Part shown: in pieces, positions 9,993 to 19,960 of the stretch
Layout: every line of letters begins with the position of its first letter
Numbering within the stretch: the stretch's first letter is position 1
Origin: an uncultured Chlamydiales bacterium
GTDB lineage: Bacteria; Chlamydiota; Chlamydiia; Chlamydiales; FEN-1388
Assembly: GCA_963826935.1 (NCBI GenBank)
Contig: CAWGYH010000005.1
Span: 704,608-768,607 of the forward strand
DNA length: 64,000 nucleotides
Direction of reading: 5' to 3'
The notes under the pieces: model-generated
The model's input: only the letters and a program-made list of their open reading frames with translations
Databases searched by the model: none
Told to the model about the DNA's origin: nothing
Position numbers and translations under genes: made by a program

Positions 9993-10334
9993 TTAATTAA
10001 GAATCGGCACGGCTGCACCAGCAACGACTCCCGCAGGTTGTAACACTGTATGGCCCACTGGATTGGGAATATGGTTGGGGACACGGCTGGGGATGGGGAC
10101 ATTGGTGGGGGCCTCATTGAGGATGGGATCATGGGTGGAATGGTCACGGCTATGATCATGGCTTCGATAGAGGCTATAGAGATGGAGATCATCATGGATA
10201 TCGTGCTGGCGAGCATCATGAAGCCGAAGAGGAGCATCATCACGGCAGCGGGCATCATCGTGGGGGACATCGCCGCTAAATTGAGAGCTCGCTGTTTCTA
10301 GCAGGAGCAGCTTAAAAATCTTGAAATAAGACAT
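9993..10334 (-). CDS. possible small His/Asp-rich protein; coding strand and frame uncertain
   Basis: Longest of three overlapping ORFs (two on the minus strand, one on the plus strand) across a low-complexity GATGAT/CATCAT-like tract. Begins MSYFKIFKLLLLETASS, then an HD-rich segment (HDHSRDHSTHD). It cannot be discriminated from the Met-rich alternatives. Confidence 0.2.
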   Translation of the reverse strand: MSYFKIFKLLLLETASSQFSGDVPHDDARCRDDAPLRLHDARQHDIHDDLHLYSLYRSHDHSRDHSTHDPILNEAPTNVPIPSRVPNHIPNPVGHTVLQPAGVVAGAAVPILN

Positions 10335-10409
10335 GCAAAACAGACATGTACCTATCCCGCTTTTTCTCTTGCGTTATTGACATGCCATCTATAAATTATT
10401 AGCAAAAAA

Positions 10410-11228
10410 ATGAGCGGGGTTTTTATGAAATGGATTTTTGTTCTTTTGTTGCCAACTTGCTGCTTTGCTTCTATAGAGCAAATTTGTTCAATTCAAGAGG
10501 TGGAGCATCGCCTTGAAGTGGACAAAGATGTCCTGGTCATTTTTGATGTCGATGATACTTTGACGATCCTTAGCGAGCCAGCTTTTCAGTACGCAAACTA
10601 CAAGGTTCATCATTCAGAAGTTTTCTCCAAATTCATGAGCTCTTTGAATGAGGAGGTCAAATTTATAGCGTTTAATCTGCCTATACTTATCTCCCCTTCC
10701 GAGCTGATCGAACCTCAAACGCCCTCGGTCATTGAAAGTTTGCAGAACAAAGGATTGAAAACGATTGCCTTGACAGCTGTCCCAGCAGGGAATATCGACG
10801 GTCTATTACTGGAAGATGCAAGGATTGCCGATCTCAGGCGAGTTGGCATTAATTTTGCCAGCTGTTTTCCACATGTTTCCGATATCCTGTTTACCAATTT
10901 CCCTGCCGGGCCCTACCAAAGCTACATCCTTTTTAAAGAGGGAATTATTTTTGCCAATTATGTTAATAAAGGGGCTGTATTGGTCGAATTCCTAAAGAAT
11001 ATTAACTGGGAACCGGACGTCGTTATCTTTGTCGATGATCGGATCGACCATGTCTATGCCGTTGAAAAGCACCTTGCGGAATTTAATCCTAAAATCGAAT
11101 ATAAGGGTTTGCATTTTCAAACCCAACGCACCCCTTATAAAAAAATTGAAAGAGAGGATTTCAGTGCGATTTGGCAAGAAATAGTCGATACTGGACATCA
11201 GATTGCTTCTAAAAATCTACCTTTGTGA
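10410..11228 (+). CDS. secreted HAD-superfamily-like hydrolase
   Basis: Signal peptide MKWIFVLLLPTCCFAS. VIFDVDDTLT matches HAD motif I (DxDxT) and VIFVDDRIDH matches the motif IV acidic pair. Confidence 0.5.
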   Translation: MSGVFMKWIFVLLLPTCCFASIEQICSIQEVEHRLEVDKDVLVIFDVDDTLTILSEPAFQYANYKVHHSEVFSKFMSSLNEEVKFIAFNLPILISPSELIEPQTPSVIESLQNKGLKTIALTAVPAGNIDGLLLEDARIADLRRVGINFASCFPHVSDILFTNFPAGPYQSYILFKEGIIFANYVNKGAVLVEFLKNINWEPDVVIFVDDRIDHVYAVEKHLAEFNPKIEYKGLHFQTQRTPYKKIEREDFSAIWQEIVDTGHQIASKNLPL

Positions 11229-11248
11229 GTAAAAGCGGACGGCCCCTT

Positions 11249-12178
11249 TTACAAAATGGGATCGGGTAGGATGATGGGGGTGCTTTTTTGCTTAGTCTCC
11301 GGCTGTTTTTGTAGCCCCTTGACAAATGTTGAAATCCAATAACCTTGGGGCAACTCTTTGGAAAGCTCTTCGGCAAGCGCAACAAACTCTGGTTTTTTAC
11401 AGCGCCTTTGAATTTCTAGTTGGAGGGCTGGATCATAAGCTTGGAGAGCAATGGTAACATTGCCATCGCCTTCTGGTGTCAGACTTTTAAAACTTAGATC
11501 GTCGTTTATATTAGAAACGTAAAGCTTTAATAAAAGGGCCTCATCTGTAGTGATGCTATGCATATCCAAGGTAATATCCTTGGTCATTTCACGAAAATGT
11601 GCCATTAATTGCCTCGAATCAACTGTTTCAGCTAGCAATTGCCCTATTTTTACCGAATATTTTCCTGTAAACCGGAATGTGCAACAGAGCCTGATTGTTT
11701 CATTAGACGGCTCACCTGGCATTGGGTTTTCATCAAGGGAAGTCCACATATCGGTTAGTCCAAGACTTGTAAAGCTTGGAATAGCAAATCCTCTAACCCA
11801 ATATTGTTGGACGAGTAATGCTTGGTCTTTAGGTAAAAAAATAGGAACCATCAGCACGCTTGGAGCTTTTGCCATTTCGTCTGCGATTTTGCAAATCAAG
11901 GCCTGTTTTCTGTCTAGAGGAATAGTGTCATCGCTTAAGGTTGGTAGATCTTCCTGTTTGATGCGGCGAAATCCAAATGTGGGGTCGGTAGGGTCGCGTA
12001 AAATGCAAAACCCTGTCCGAAAGCTCTTTAGGGCAACTTCATTTGTTCCTTGTCTGCAGGTTCGTATTTTGGGATCTTCTAGTTTAGCGACAGCCGCGAT
12101 GTATGCTTGGGTTAGTTCTGAACTAACGCGGTCGATAAGTGACATATATTCTCCGGAATTTTGAGTGTATTGAGGCAA
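11249..12178 (-). CDS. hypothetical protein
   Basis: 309-aa ORF with protein-like composition. The antisense 204-aa ORF is Ser-rich and low quality. Confidence 0.5.
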   Translation of the reverse strand: MPQYTQNSGEYMSLIDRVSSELTQAYIAAVAKLEDPKIRTCRQGTNEVALKSFRTGFCILRDPTDPTFGFRRIKQEDLPTLSDDTIPLDRKQALICKIADEMAKAPSVLMVPIFLPKDQALLVQQYWVRGFAIPSFTSLGLTDMWTSLDENPMPGEPSNETIRLCCTFRFTGKYSVKIGQLLAETVDSRQLMAHFREMTKDITLDMHSITTDEALLLKLYVSNINDDLSFKSLTPEGDGNVTIALQAYDPALQLEIQRRCKKPEFVALAEELSKELPQGYWISTFVKGLQKQPETKQKSTPIILPDPIL

Positions 12179-12269
12179 TGATTATGTCAATTGATTCAAT
12201 TATATACAATCATAAAAGGTTTAAATGTTCAACTGTGAAGCCTGACTCAATTTCATTTTTTCGAGGAAA

Positions 12270-13844
12270 TTATAGCACAATGATTTGCTGCTGTATCCTT
12301 GTGATGGCTTCCAGGGATTGGCGGCAGTCAAAGCGATCAAGTGGGCTTAGTCGAAGATGGCTGAAGACAAAATCTTTGAGCTGCTGTTCACGAGTGCGTT
12401 TGGGCCCTTCAACGAACGAAAAGCTCTCTTGGAAACTGCATGGGATTTCGATTTCGAGGTTGATGCTGTCCATAACTTTTTGCACATGCTCCTGAGTCAT
12501 GCACGTTATACGTGTTCCAATGGATTTAACGTAAGGGGTGATTATATCGTCCCACGGAATAACTTCTTGCAAGACAAGTTGGTAGAGTAGGTGACCAAAT
12601 GCCGACATTTCAGCTGCAAACCAGTTGCCGGTAAAGGCTTTTCTACCAAGCACCTCAGGAGCTGTAGGATAGTACGAACCATAAAATTGCTTTTCAAAGG
12701 CGCCCGGAAGGTCTTTTGGATTAACTACCTTCGCAACTTCAAAAGTAAATCCAAAATCAATAAAGCCAGCTTTTACAGTCCCGTCAGCATATATCATAAT
12801 TAGTGTATTCTTTGTCTTAATGTCCGCGTGGAGCAAGCCGCTCTCATGCAGTTTACAAACGCCCACAGATAGCTGTCGAATCATTTCAACGAGTTGAGAA
12901 AGCGTAAGCGTTTGGGCTTTTTTTGCATCCAACACCTCTCCGAAAGGCATAATAAATTCAAATTTTACATCGCCTTTTGCATTTACATATTCATTAACTC
13001 CTAAAATTGGCCAAATCCCTACACCTTTAGGTTCTAGATTATAAAGCATTTGTTGGATTTTAATTTCCTTTTCGAGGTCCGGTCTCAAGGATGGGGACGT
13101 AGGCACGATGCGAGCGATGCGAAGAGGAGGAAGATCTTGTCTATAGAGGCACCCAGTTGTTATTTTTTTAGTGCTCGTTGTTACTCTATCGGCTGTCATA
13201 TTGCCTTTTGAAAGAATGGCGGTTCCAGCTTCACTTACCTCTAACGCTCTTGGAAGGTCAAATTGCTTACGAGGAAAAGAGGCCTTAGGCGCAGAAGTCA
13301 TATTTGAAAAGATGCTTATATGTAGACGCTCAGAGTCTGTGAGGCACGCGGTATCTCTACACGTGGTCCAGTCTTGCGTGTACATGCTCGAAATCTTGCC
13401 AATTCTTTTAACTGTTTCTGAAGAACAGTGTTCTGTTGTGAGACTAAGAAGAACCTTATAAATACATTCAGTAGTTGTGGCCTTTTGCAGTCGCGGCAAA
13501 AGCTCTGAAAGCCGACCGTCATGTAATGAACCTTTCTCTAACAGGAAGGCAAGTCCACGAGATACAACGGGGGAGTGTGGCTGCAAATCAGCTTCTCTTG
13601 CAACCATCCAGGCCAAAAGTTTAGGATGGGGAAAGTATTCATTATATTTATCTAAGTGAGCACCATTTATGAACGTACTTCTTAAATCAAGAAGGGTAGT
13701 GTGTGTAGATAGTATGTCACTCTTATTAGCGCCGATATATGTATTTATTATTTTGTGATATAGTTCAGTTTTAAGATTTTGATCTTCAAGCTCTTGAGCT
13801 TGCACACCAGGACCTGAACCATATGGAGGAACAGGTAATGACAT
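12270..13844 (-). CDS. eukaryotic-type Ser/Thr protein kinase with long N-terminal extension
   Basis: The C-terminal half carries HADIKTKN (catalytic loop), DFGFT (DFG) and YYPTAPEVL (APE). Confidence 0.75.
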   Translation of the reverse strand: MSLPVPPYGSGPGVQAQELEDQNLKTELYHKIINTYIGANKSDILSTHTTLLDLRSTFINGAHLDKYNEYFPHPKLLAWMVAREADLQPHSPVVSRGLAFLLEKGSLHDGRLSELLPRLQKATTTECIYKVLLSLTTEHCSSETVKRIGKISSMYTQDWTTCRDTACLTDSERLHISIFSNMTSAPKASFPRKQFDLPRALEVSEAGTAILSKGNMTADRVTTSTKKITTGCLYRQDLPPLRIARIVPTSPSLRPDLEKEIKIQQMLYNLEPKGVGIWPILGVNEYVNAKGDVKFEFIMPFGEVLDAKKAQTLTLSQLVEMIRQLSVGVCKLHESGLLHADIKTKNTLIMIYADGTVKAGFIDFGFTFEVAKVVNPKDLPGAFEKQFYGSYYPTAPEVLGRKAFTGNWFAAEMSAFGHLLYQLVLQEVIPWDDIITPYVKSIGTRITCMTQEHVQKVMDSINLEIEIPCSFQESFSFVEGPKRTREQQLKDFVFSHLRLSPLDRFDCRQSLEAITRIQQQIIVL

Positions 13845-14045
13845 AATAAAGCCTCCTAAACTACAGTGGAAGGCAGTAGTATAGCATAATACCTATACTA
13901 AAGTAAACATTTTTTTATGTTTACAAAAGTATAGGAGTTACTAGGCGCTTTTTTGCTGCGCTAAAGGAGCGAGTTTGCTGCCGATTATCCTAGCCTAAAA
14001 TGCAACGTTTTGCATAATCTGAAACGAAAAAAATAGGGTAATAAC

Positions 14046-14720
14046 ATGTCTTGGTGTTCACGTATTCTTAATTCTACGCCGATGCAGTATGTATACGCAG
14101 GCGCAGGAGCTTTAGGTACAGCAGCCTCTTATGCTGGAGCAAATATCTGTGTGAATAGATTAACCTCTATGGCTAAAGTTTTTGGGGAGAAGTGCCCAAA
14201 TGATTTTCTTCTTAATGGCCCCTACAGCAGTAAATTTTGCGAGGAGCTCGCAACCGTTTCAAATAAACCGGTGAGTGGGGCAATCGTTTTCTATTTTGTG
14301 GCAGGAGTTGCAGCTACTGGCACGGCACATGCTATCTGGCGTGCAAGGCACTACCGCCAGCTGAGAGGACCAGAGAGCCGAGCGCTTGTAGTACATGAGC
14401 CAGAGCTATATAAATGCCAGCTGCTTGCTCGGCGTCCAAATTCAACATATTGGCTGGCCCTGGGTCTCTTTGTAGGGGGATTTGTTACATATTTGCCGTT
14501 TGTGTTTAAAATGACTCATGAAGCTGAGGAATTGGGCAAATGCATCGCCTGGCACAATGCCACCTCTACTCTCTGCAAAGATATGGAGAGTTTTAATCTC
14601 ACGGTCTCTACGGCAAACAGCGTGATTGTCTCAGTCGTAGGCGGCCTTTGGGCAGGAATTTGGGCTTTATCGTGGATCAGGCGCTCGAGCCAACCCGCAG
14701 ATATTCCGGATAACTTATAA
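14046..14720 (+). CDS. hypothetical integral membrane protein
   Basis: Four hydrophobic segments (YVYAGAGALGTAASYAGA, GAIVFYFVAGVAATGTAHAI, YWLALGLFVGGFVTYLPFVF, VIVSVVGGLWAGIWALSWI). Confidence 0.55.
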   Translation: MSWCSRILNSTPMQYVYAGAGALGTAASYAGANICVNRLTSMAKVFGEKCPNDFLLNGPYSSKFCEELATVSNKPVSGAIVFYFVAGVAATGTAHAIWRARHYRQLRGPESRALVVHEPELYKCQLLARRPNSTYWLALGLFVGGFVTYLPFVFKMTHEAEELGKCIAWHNATSTLCKDMESFNLTVSTANSVIVSVVGGLWAGIWALSWIRRSSQPADIPDNL

Positions 14721-14796
14721 GCTGCTCTTTGCGCATATTTAAAAGGGGCCGGGGTCCCCGAGAATCGTGCGATTTGAATCGAGCAAATCTCGGGGA

Positions 14797-15206
14797 CCCC
14801 GGCCCCAATGGTGTCAACTTAAAGAAATTTATAGCAGATCTAACCGCTGTTTTTTTCTCTCCCGAAGGGAGGGAGCTCGAGTTTGGACATTTGTAGCTTG
14901 CGCATAACGTCTTGGAGGTAAACCGTTCGGTCTCGGTCTCGGTCACGGTCTCGGTCTCGACTGTAGACGTTGTGCAGGCGAAGCTTCGCCTTTAACTAAG
15001 CATACTTCGTACACTGGAGACCGAGACCGTGACCGAGACCGAGACCGAATGGATCACCAATATGTACGTTAAGCATACAAGAACGGTGTCCGTCAAACCT
15101 TCAAATGTCCAAACTCGAGTTCTCTCCCGAAGGGAGAGAATCTGCATTTCACAACCTTTTCAGAGCTAATATAAATTTTCTTAAGTTGACACCATTGACC
15201 CCGGCC
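14797..15206. mobile_element. MITE-like element, family A copy 1 (about 410 bp)
   Basis: Terminal inverted repeats ggccccaatggtgtcaacttaaagaaatttata (left) and tataaattttcttaagttgacaccattgaccccggcc (right). The interior is a long palindrome with GGTCTC/GAGACC hexamer runs. No coding capacity. Confidence 0.75.
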
Positions 15207-15219
15207 TCTTGACTTATTC

Positions 15220-15864
15220 TTATGAAACACCTGTTTCAGGTGATTTGCTTGTCGACTCTAATAATAGAGTGGCTAATGTAGTTTTTATTAGGGGGTAGAT
15301 CAATTTAAGAATATCTTTAGGAAGTTTTGCAGGAAGAGAATTTTTATGCATTGTTGCAATAGCCACAAAGGTAAAAGGCCCTTTGGATATGTCGTCTGTT
15401 GGACGGGCAGTTAGTAGCCTATTTGCCGCTAACGTACCTTGATTCGTTAATACTCTGCTTGGAATATTTTTAAGCAGCTCTCCATATGTTCTGCGACGAA
15501 ATAATTGATTAAAAAAGAGAGGAGGATTAGTGCTTAAAAGTGGACGATAGGTTTCATCAATTGGGCCCATTGTATATTCCAATAGATTTTCTTTTAATGC
15601 CGAATCTGAATTATAAACCGCCGATATAATTAGTAAAACAACTTTAAATTGATCAGCAAGTGGCATCCCGTTATTTTCTAATTCCATTACTACGCGTTCT
15701 ATGTTCCTAGCTCGTATTAAGTCGGGGTGCTCTTCTTTTGTGAAAAAGGATCTAAATCTAAAAAAAAGCCCGGGTTTGAAGGTTTTCTCAAACTTCACTG
15801 CAACAAGGAGTAAACTTGTTTTAAGAGTAGATGTATTTATCATACATTGAAAATTTACCATCAC
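15220..15864 (-). CDS. hypothetical protein
   Basis: 214-aa ORF with no recognisable motif. Confidence 0.45.
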   Translation of the reverse strand: MMVNFQCMINTSTLKTSLLLVAVKFEKTFKPGLFFRFRSFFTKEEHPDLIRARNIERVVMELENNGMPLADQFKVVLLIISAVYNSDSALKENLLEYTMGPIDETYRPLLSTNPPLFFNQLFRRRTYGELLKNIPSRVLTNQGTLAANRLLTARPTDDISKGPFTFVAIATMHKNSLPAKLPKDILKLIYPLIKTTLATLLLESTSKSPETGVS

Positions 15865-15952
15865 TTACTCCTTGGGTAAAGCAGCGATTCTATATTGAAC
15901 AGGGAGATTCTGCCAAGGGTATTTTTAATTGAGCTATCCAGGAACTCAAGGC

Positions 15953-17635
15953 TCATCCTTTTATACCCAGCTTTATTTTGAGAATGCGGTTGATTTCAAT
16001 GACCTTATTCCAGGGTGTTCGTAGGTTTTTGTCTGGATGGACCATCCAGGAGGTAAGCTCTTTTGCAAGTTCATCAGAACTAAGCCGAGGGAGCTTCTTG
16101 CTGTCTTGAAGACTCTTTCTGGCATTTTCGGCTGTCGGTTCATACTCATGCTTTGCTTTTAGTATGCCGTCCATCGTATTCATGCAGTTTTCTCGATCCC
16201 ATGGTAATAATTTATTATGGGTCAGAAAAAATAGTGTACAGCCTACTGAATAGATAACTTGTTCTACCCAGCTGCCTGTATAGGAGCGGTCATGACGCTC
16301 TGGAGGTATGAACTCCGGAGTTCCTACTCGTTCTGAAAAATGTTGCCAGATAATGTCTTTGACACAACTGTCTAGATCGCACAACAATATGGAATCGTTT
16401 GGTCCTACAAGTATATTTTCAAGTTTAATATCGCGATGTACAAAGCCCTCTTTTAGAAGCACATCTACAGCGTCAATGATTCTACAGGCAAGGGGAAGTC
16501 CTCTTTTGAAATCGAGAGTTGAGCCAGTTTTTATAAGGTTAAAAAGATCAATTGCTTTTTCATAAACACAGAGGATCTTATCGGGTTTATCTGCAAAGCT
16601 AAGACTCAGAATATGTTTGGGCAAGATTCCCCTATCTTTAAAGAGGGCATGCAAGGCTCGTTCTTTTCTTGCTACACTTTTAAAAACATGAGAGGAGCTA
16701 TTTTTCTTGGTCGTAAGCGCAAATAGATGGTGCATTTTCCAGCCGGACGGCTCTTTTTCTAAAAGTGTGATCTCTCTTGCGCATTTATCACTTCCGAATG
16801 TGCGCTCCTCTCGATTAGGGTGTTGCTTTGGCAAAAGAAGTATTCGGTCTTTTAAATAAATTATTAATTGATCTAAGCCGCTCCTTTTCCTTGGTATATA
16901 ATAAGGGCCCCCTTCCGGACAGTTCTCAAATAGCGTTTTGACAATCTGTACAATTTCTGCCGGATCTCGCGTCAATAGATTTGCTGGCATGTTCTCAGGC
17001 ACTTCTTGGGGGCTATATGCAGAAAGAGAGGGCAGGCCGTCATCTAAAATATCTTTTAATAATCGACATGCAGTAGTGATGTCTGCTCGCTTTTGTACGT
17101 CAGGATGACACATCCAAAAAAATAGCCCTTTTGCTGCATCGATGTCGCTAAGTAAATCCAGCTCACTTAAAAGAGTTTGTTTGAGTTCCATTTCTCGTAG
17201 TAGGGAGCCATCTTTCCAGGGAGGCTCTTCAAAGAAAAGGAGTAAATAAAAGAGATACCCTGACGCGTAAACATCAGCAGGTTTATAGCTGCCTCTATAG
17301 TGCTCTTGAAGCCGTTCCGGCGCCAAAAAGTCCTTTACTCCAGATACACTCTCATGCCGGTCTTGAACATCGCGATCAAAAGCTTCCTCTCTAGATTTAC
17401 CTAAAACCAGCTGGCCATTACTATTAACAAAAACCTGGGCTATGCTAATAGTGCGATGCACCTTGTTGCTAGCGTGAAGGGCGCTTACCTGCTCTGCCAG
17501 GCGTGCTACCATCTCGAGTCTTTCATACCAAGTACATAGGCGTAGAGTACGCAGGTCGAAAGGGTACAACTCGGGCGTGGTATCTCCCGACACCCACAAC
17601 GACATGTAGTTAAATAAGTTAGTTAGTAGCTGCAT
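15953..17635 (-). CDS. tandem kinase-like protein (N-terminal pseudokinase-like domain plus C-terminal Ser/Thr kinase domain)
   Basis: C-terminal domain: VHRDIKLENILV, CDLDS at the DFG position, GTPEFIPPE. N-terminal domain: KVHRTISIAQVFV and LAPERL, with no DFG-type motif evident. Confidence 0.7.
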   Translation of the reverse strand: MQLLTNLFNYMSLWVSGDTTPELYPFDLRTLRLCTWYERLEMVARLAEQVSALHASNKVHRTISIAQVFVNSNGQLVLGKSREEAFDRDVQDRHESVSGVKDFLAPERLQEHYRGSYKPADVYASGYLFYLLLFFEEPPWKDGSLLREMELKQTLLSELDLLSDIDAAKGLFFWMCHPDVQKRADITTACRLLKDILDDGLPSLSAYSPQEVPENMPANLLTRDPAEIVQIVKTLFENCPEGGPYYIPRKRSGLDQLIIYLKDRILLLPKQHPNREERTFGSDKCAREITLLEKEPSGWKMHHLFALTTKKNSSSHVFKSVARKERALHALFKDRGILPKHILSLSFADKPDKILCVYEKAIDLFNLIKTGSTLDFKRGLPLACRIIDAVDVLLKEGFVHRDIKLENILVGPNDSILLCDLDSCVKDIIWQHFSERVGTPEFIPPERHDRSYTGSWVEQVIYSVGCTLFFLTHNKLLPWDRENCMNTMDGILKAKHEYEPTAENARKSLQDSKKLPRLSSDELAKELTSWMVHPDKNLRTPWNKVIEINRILKIKLGIKG

Positions 17636-17836
17636 AAATATAGATACATTTTATATGACCCGCGTGACTTTGTCTAGAAATATATAAACGGGTGCCAATT
17701 AACTCTATAATCTGCCTCTCATTTTTCGACCAGAATGCAAAATGCCTTCATATAAAAGCAGGCGATTAACAATAAATCCTTTCCCTTAATAGGTTATTTG
17801 TTGCATAATTTCGTTTTATATTTAACTGGAGTTACT

Positions 17837-19300
17837 ATGCAGCCAAGTACTATACAGACAAGTACAAATTTAGACCCGAATCATTCTGGTCTCAATGGGT
17901 ATTTCTACAGTGGTCTTGAGGAACGTCAGCATAAATGTCCATCGGTTCCTGGTTGGTCTGTCCCAAATCAGATGGGTTTCATCGAAGCGAATCGAGAAGC
18001 CAAGGTGAATGTTTTGTGGGAACTTCGCAATAGCATGATGCAGGCTCAGACCGAGGCTGTATTGAATAATCCCAAAAAGCGTTACTGTACCTTCCGGGTA
18101 TCTCCAGAAAGTGCAAATGATGCAGAAGCTGCATGTAAAAGTGAATCTATTCCTTCCGATGCGCCGCTCTCCTATCTGAAATGGTTTGGAGGAAACTATG
18201 CATGGAGTATCCCAACTCCAGAAATTTGTACGTATCTCTCATCGCTTACGGGCCAAGAACAAAGGCCTGTTGTTGAAATTGGCGCAGGGTTAGGCTATTG
18301 GGCAAGGGTAATGCGAGATCGCGGCGTCACATGGTATGCTTACGACAAGTACGTAGAGGGGTACAGTAAAGAGAAGAGACTGTGGACCACCGTTGTGGAA
18401 GGTGGGCCCGAAAAGCTACACGCCCATGACAGCCCCGATACAATTTTGTTCATAGGCTATCCGCCCCAAAGAGGCATGCTGGGCTATGGTATGGATGTGG
18501 AATGTATTCGCAATTTTAAAGGAAGAGATATTATTTATGTTGGCGAGGAACTGTCAGAAAACGAAAAAGAAATAAATAGTACCGGTTCAATCGCCTTCGC
18601 TGAAGCTTTAAGGGAATCGGGTTTCAAGCAAATCGGGTCACTTCCATGTGCTCAAGCGCCTCATAAATTTGATAAAATGTTTCATTATCGAAGAAAAAAT
18701 GAATATTCCCTAGAAGAAAAGGCCCCTATTGAGGCATTCCTTCAATCTCTTGGCATTCACCGAAGTCTTGGAGATTTGGGCATACGTACCTTGGACCTTG
18801 AAAACGTTGAGTTGCAACTACCAGATTTAGTATTTACAAAAAGCCTAGACATGCGTCGCGACTCTAAATTGGTTCAAACATATCTTATGAAGGGCTTTTT
18901 GCAACAAGGACCCCTAAACCCTAAATTTGAAGTGCTGTTCTTTATGCTAAAGTATGGATCGTATAAAGATGCATTTAAGGTCTTGCTTGCTGAATCAACC
19001 GAGTTAAAGCTGCTTCAGAATGCCTATATGAAGAGGAGCGGTCTAGTGGCGCACGTAAAACTCATGCAGGCGATAAGCAGTGTTGTTTCGATACTATGTT
19101 CCCTACCTGCCCAACCAGCTCCTGAAGATATAAGGAACCGTTGGAAAAAAGCACAAGAAATCATGCGTAGTATTTCTGAACAAGATAGCTCCACGGTCTA
19201 TTATGATTGGACTTACAATAAGGTTGTGATGGAATTTTGCTTTGACAATTTCACTCATCTGGAAGGCTGTATAGGCAAGCCACAAAATAAGGGCTACTAA
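17837..19300 (+). CDS. hypothetical protein with class I SAM-methyltransferase-like motif
   Basis: VVEIGAGLGYWARVM resembles MTase motif I (E/D-x-G-x-G-x-G). ATG at 17837 follows ctggag; the track starts at TTG 17798. Confidence 0.4.
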   Translation: MQPSTIQTSTNLDPNHSGLNGYFYSGLEERQHKCPSVPGWSVPNQMGFIEANREAKVNVLWELRNSMMQAQTEAVLNNPKKRYCTFRVSPESANDAEAACKSESIPSDAPLSYLKWFGGNYAWSIPTPEICTYLSSLTGQEQRPVVEIGAGLGYWARVMRDRGVTWYAYDKYVEGYSKEKRLWTTVVEGGPEKLHAHDSPDTILFIGYPPQRGMLGYGMDVECIRNFKGRDIIYVGEELSENEKEINSTGSIAFAEALRESGFKQIGSLPCAQAPHKFDKMFHYRRKNEYSLEEKAPIEAFLQSLGIHRSLGDLGIRTLDLENVELQLPDLVFTKSLDMRRDSKLVQTYLMKGFLQQGPLNPKFEVLFFMLKYGSYKDAFKVLLAESTELKLLQNAYMKRSGLVAHVKLMQAISSVVSILCSLPAQPAPEDIRNRWKKAQEIMRSISEQDSSTVYYDWTYNKVVMEFCFDNFTHLEGCIGKPQNKGY

Positions 19301-19350
19301 ACGATTTAAAACGCGCTGTTAGACTTCAGCGCCTAAAAATTTACAACTTA

Positions 19351-19376
19351 CCTATGGCGTTGCCATAGGCTTTTAT
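19351..19376 (+). terminator. rho-independent terminator candidate
   Basis: Hairpin cctatggc-gt-tgccatagg followed by cttttat, about 50 nt after the stop at 19300. Confidence 0.5.
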
Positions 19377-19444
19377 ATTTCACGCCTTCAGTGTGATCGC
19401 GTGACCAAGTAAAAAGGCTTCACACTTCACAGTCATTTTTAGGA

Positions 19445-19762
19445 TCATACGAGAGCTTCTTCCCGCCTCTCTTCAACGTTATTGCTGGCACAAATGCAGG
19501 TCCAGGCAGTGGTGCTTATCACAGCCGAGGCCGCAGCTCCGCCTAAAAGTACAATACCTTCTATAAATAAATCGGAATTTTGGCCCCAAGAGGATGCGTA
19601 GAGATTATACCCGCCCCACACGACACCGACAACAGCACAGGAGGTAAATATAGAAGCCACGATCGTGTACACCTTATTGGCTGTTGTACAGCGCTCTTGC
19701 ACTTCTCCTGCTAGGCGCCAGGGTTTAGGTTGAATTGGTTGTGGTTGTACGTTACAGCACAT
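19445..19762 (-). CDS. small membrane protein with paired hydrophobic segments (Inc-like topology possible)
   Basis: 105 aa. VYTIVASIFTSCAVVGVVWGGY and IEGIVLLGGAAASAVISTTAWTCI are separated by a short loop. Confidence 0.4.
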   Translation of the reverse strand: MCCNVQPQPIQPKPWRLAGEVQERCTTANKVYTIVASIFTSCAVVGVVWGGYNLYASSWGQNSDLFIEGIVLLGGAAASAVISTTAWTCICASNNVEERREEALV

Positions 19763-19960
19763 ACGCTAGAGTTCTCCAAGTTATATAGAAATGCGTAAGT
19801 ATAAGCTCGTGCCAAATAATGCAAAAGTCAAATCTATATTCTTTGTCCCTTATGGACTTATAGAGAAGGATCTCACGCTTAGCGCTTTCTTTCTCGACGA
19901 CTAAAAGAAAGGGGGCCAAGGTATGCGATTCGCGCGATTTGGGACGAATCGCACATCGCA

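Noticed and set aside
11550-12164. 204-aa plus-strand ORF overlapping 11249..12178
   Set aside because: The minus-strand 309-aa ORF is longer and has balanced composition. The plus-strand product is Ser/Cys-rich and looks like an antisense shadow. The same reasoning applies to 28247..28855, 7100..7564, 33782..34315 and the plus-strand ORFs within 60282..63335.
14677-14946. ORFs 14677..14946 and 20042..20272 inside MITE-like elements
   Set aside because: They sit in palindromic, repeat-derived sequence bounded by TIRs, with no RBS or family signal.
9983-19345. The shared 14-mer agcgcctaaaaatt occurs just after the stop at 9982 and again at 19329..19342, about 30 nt after the stop at 19300
   Set aside because: With only two occurrences of a short AT-rich string, this could be chance. 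There is no associated structure.
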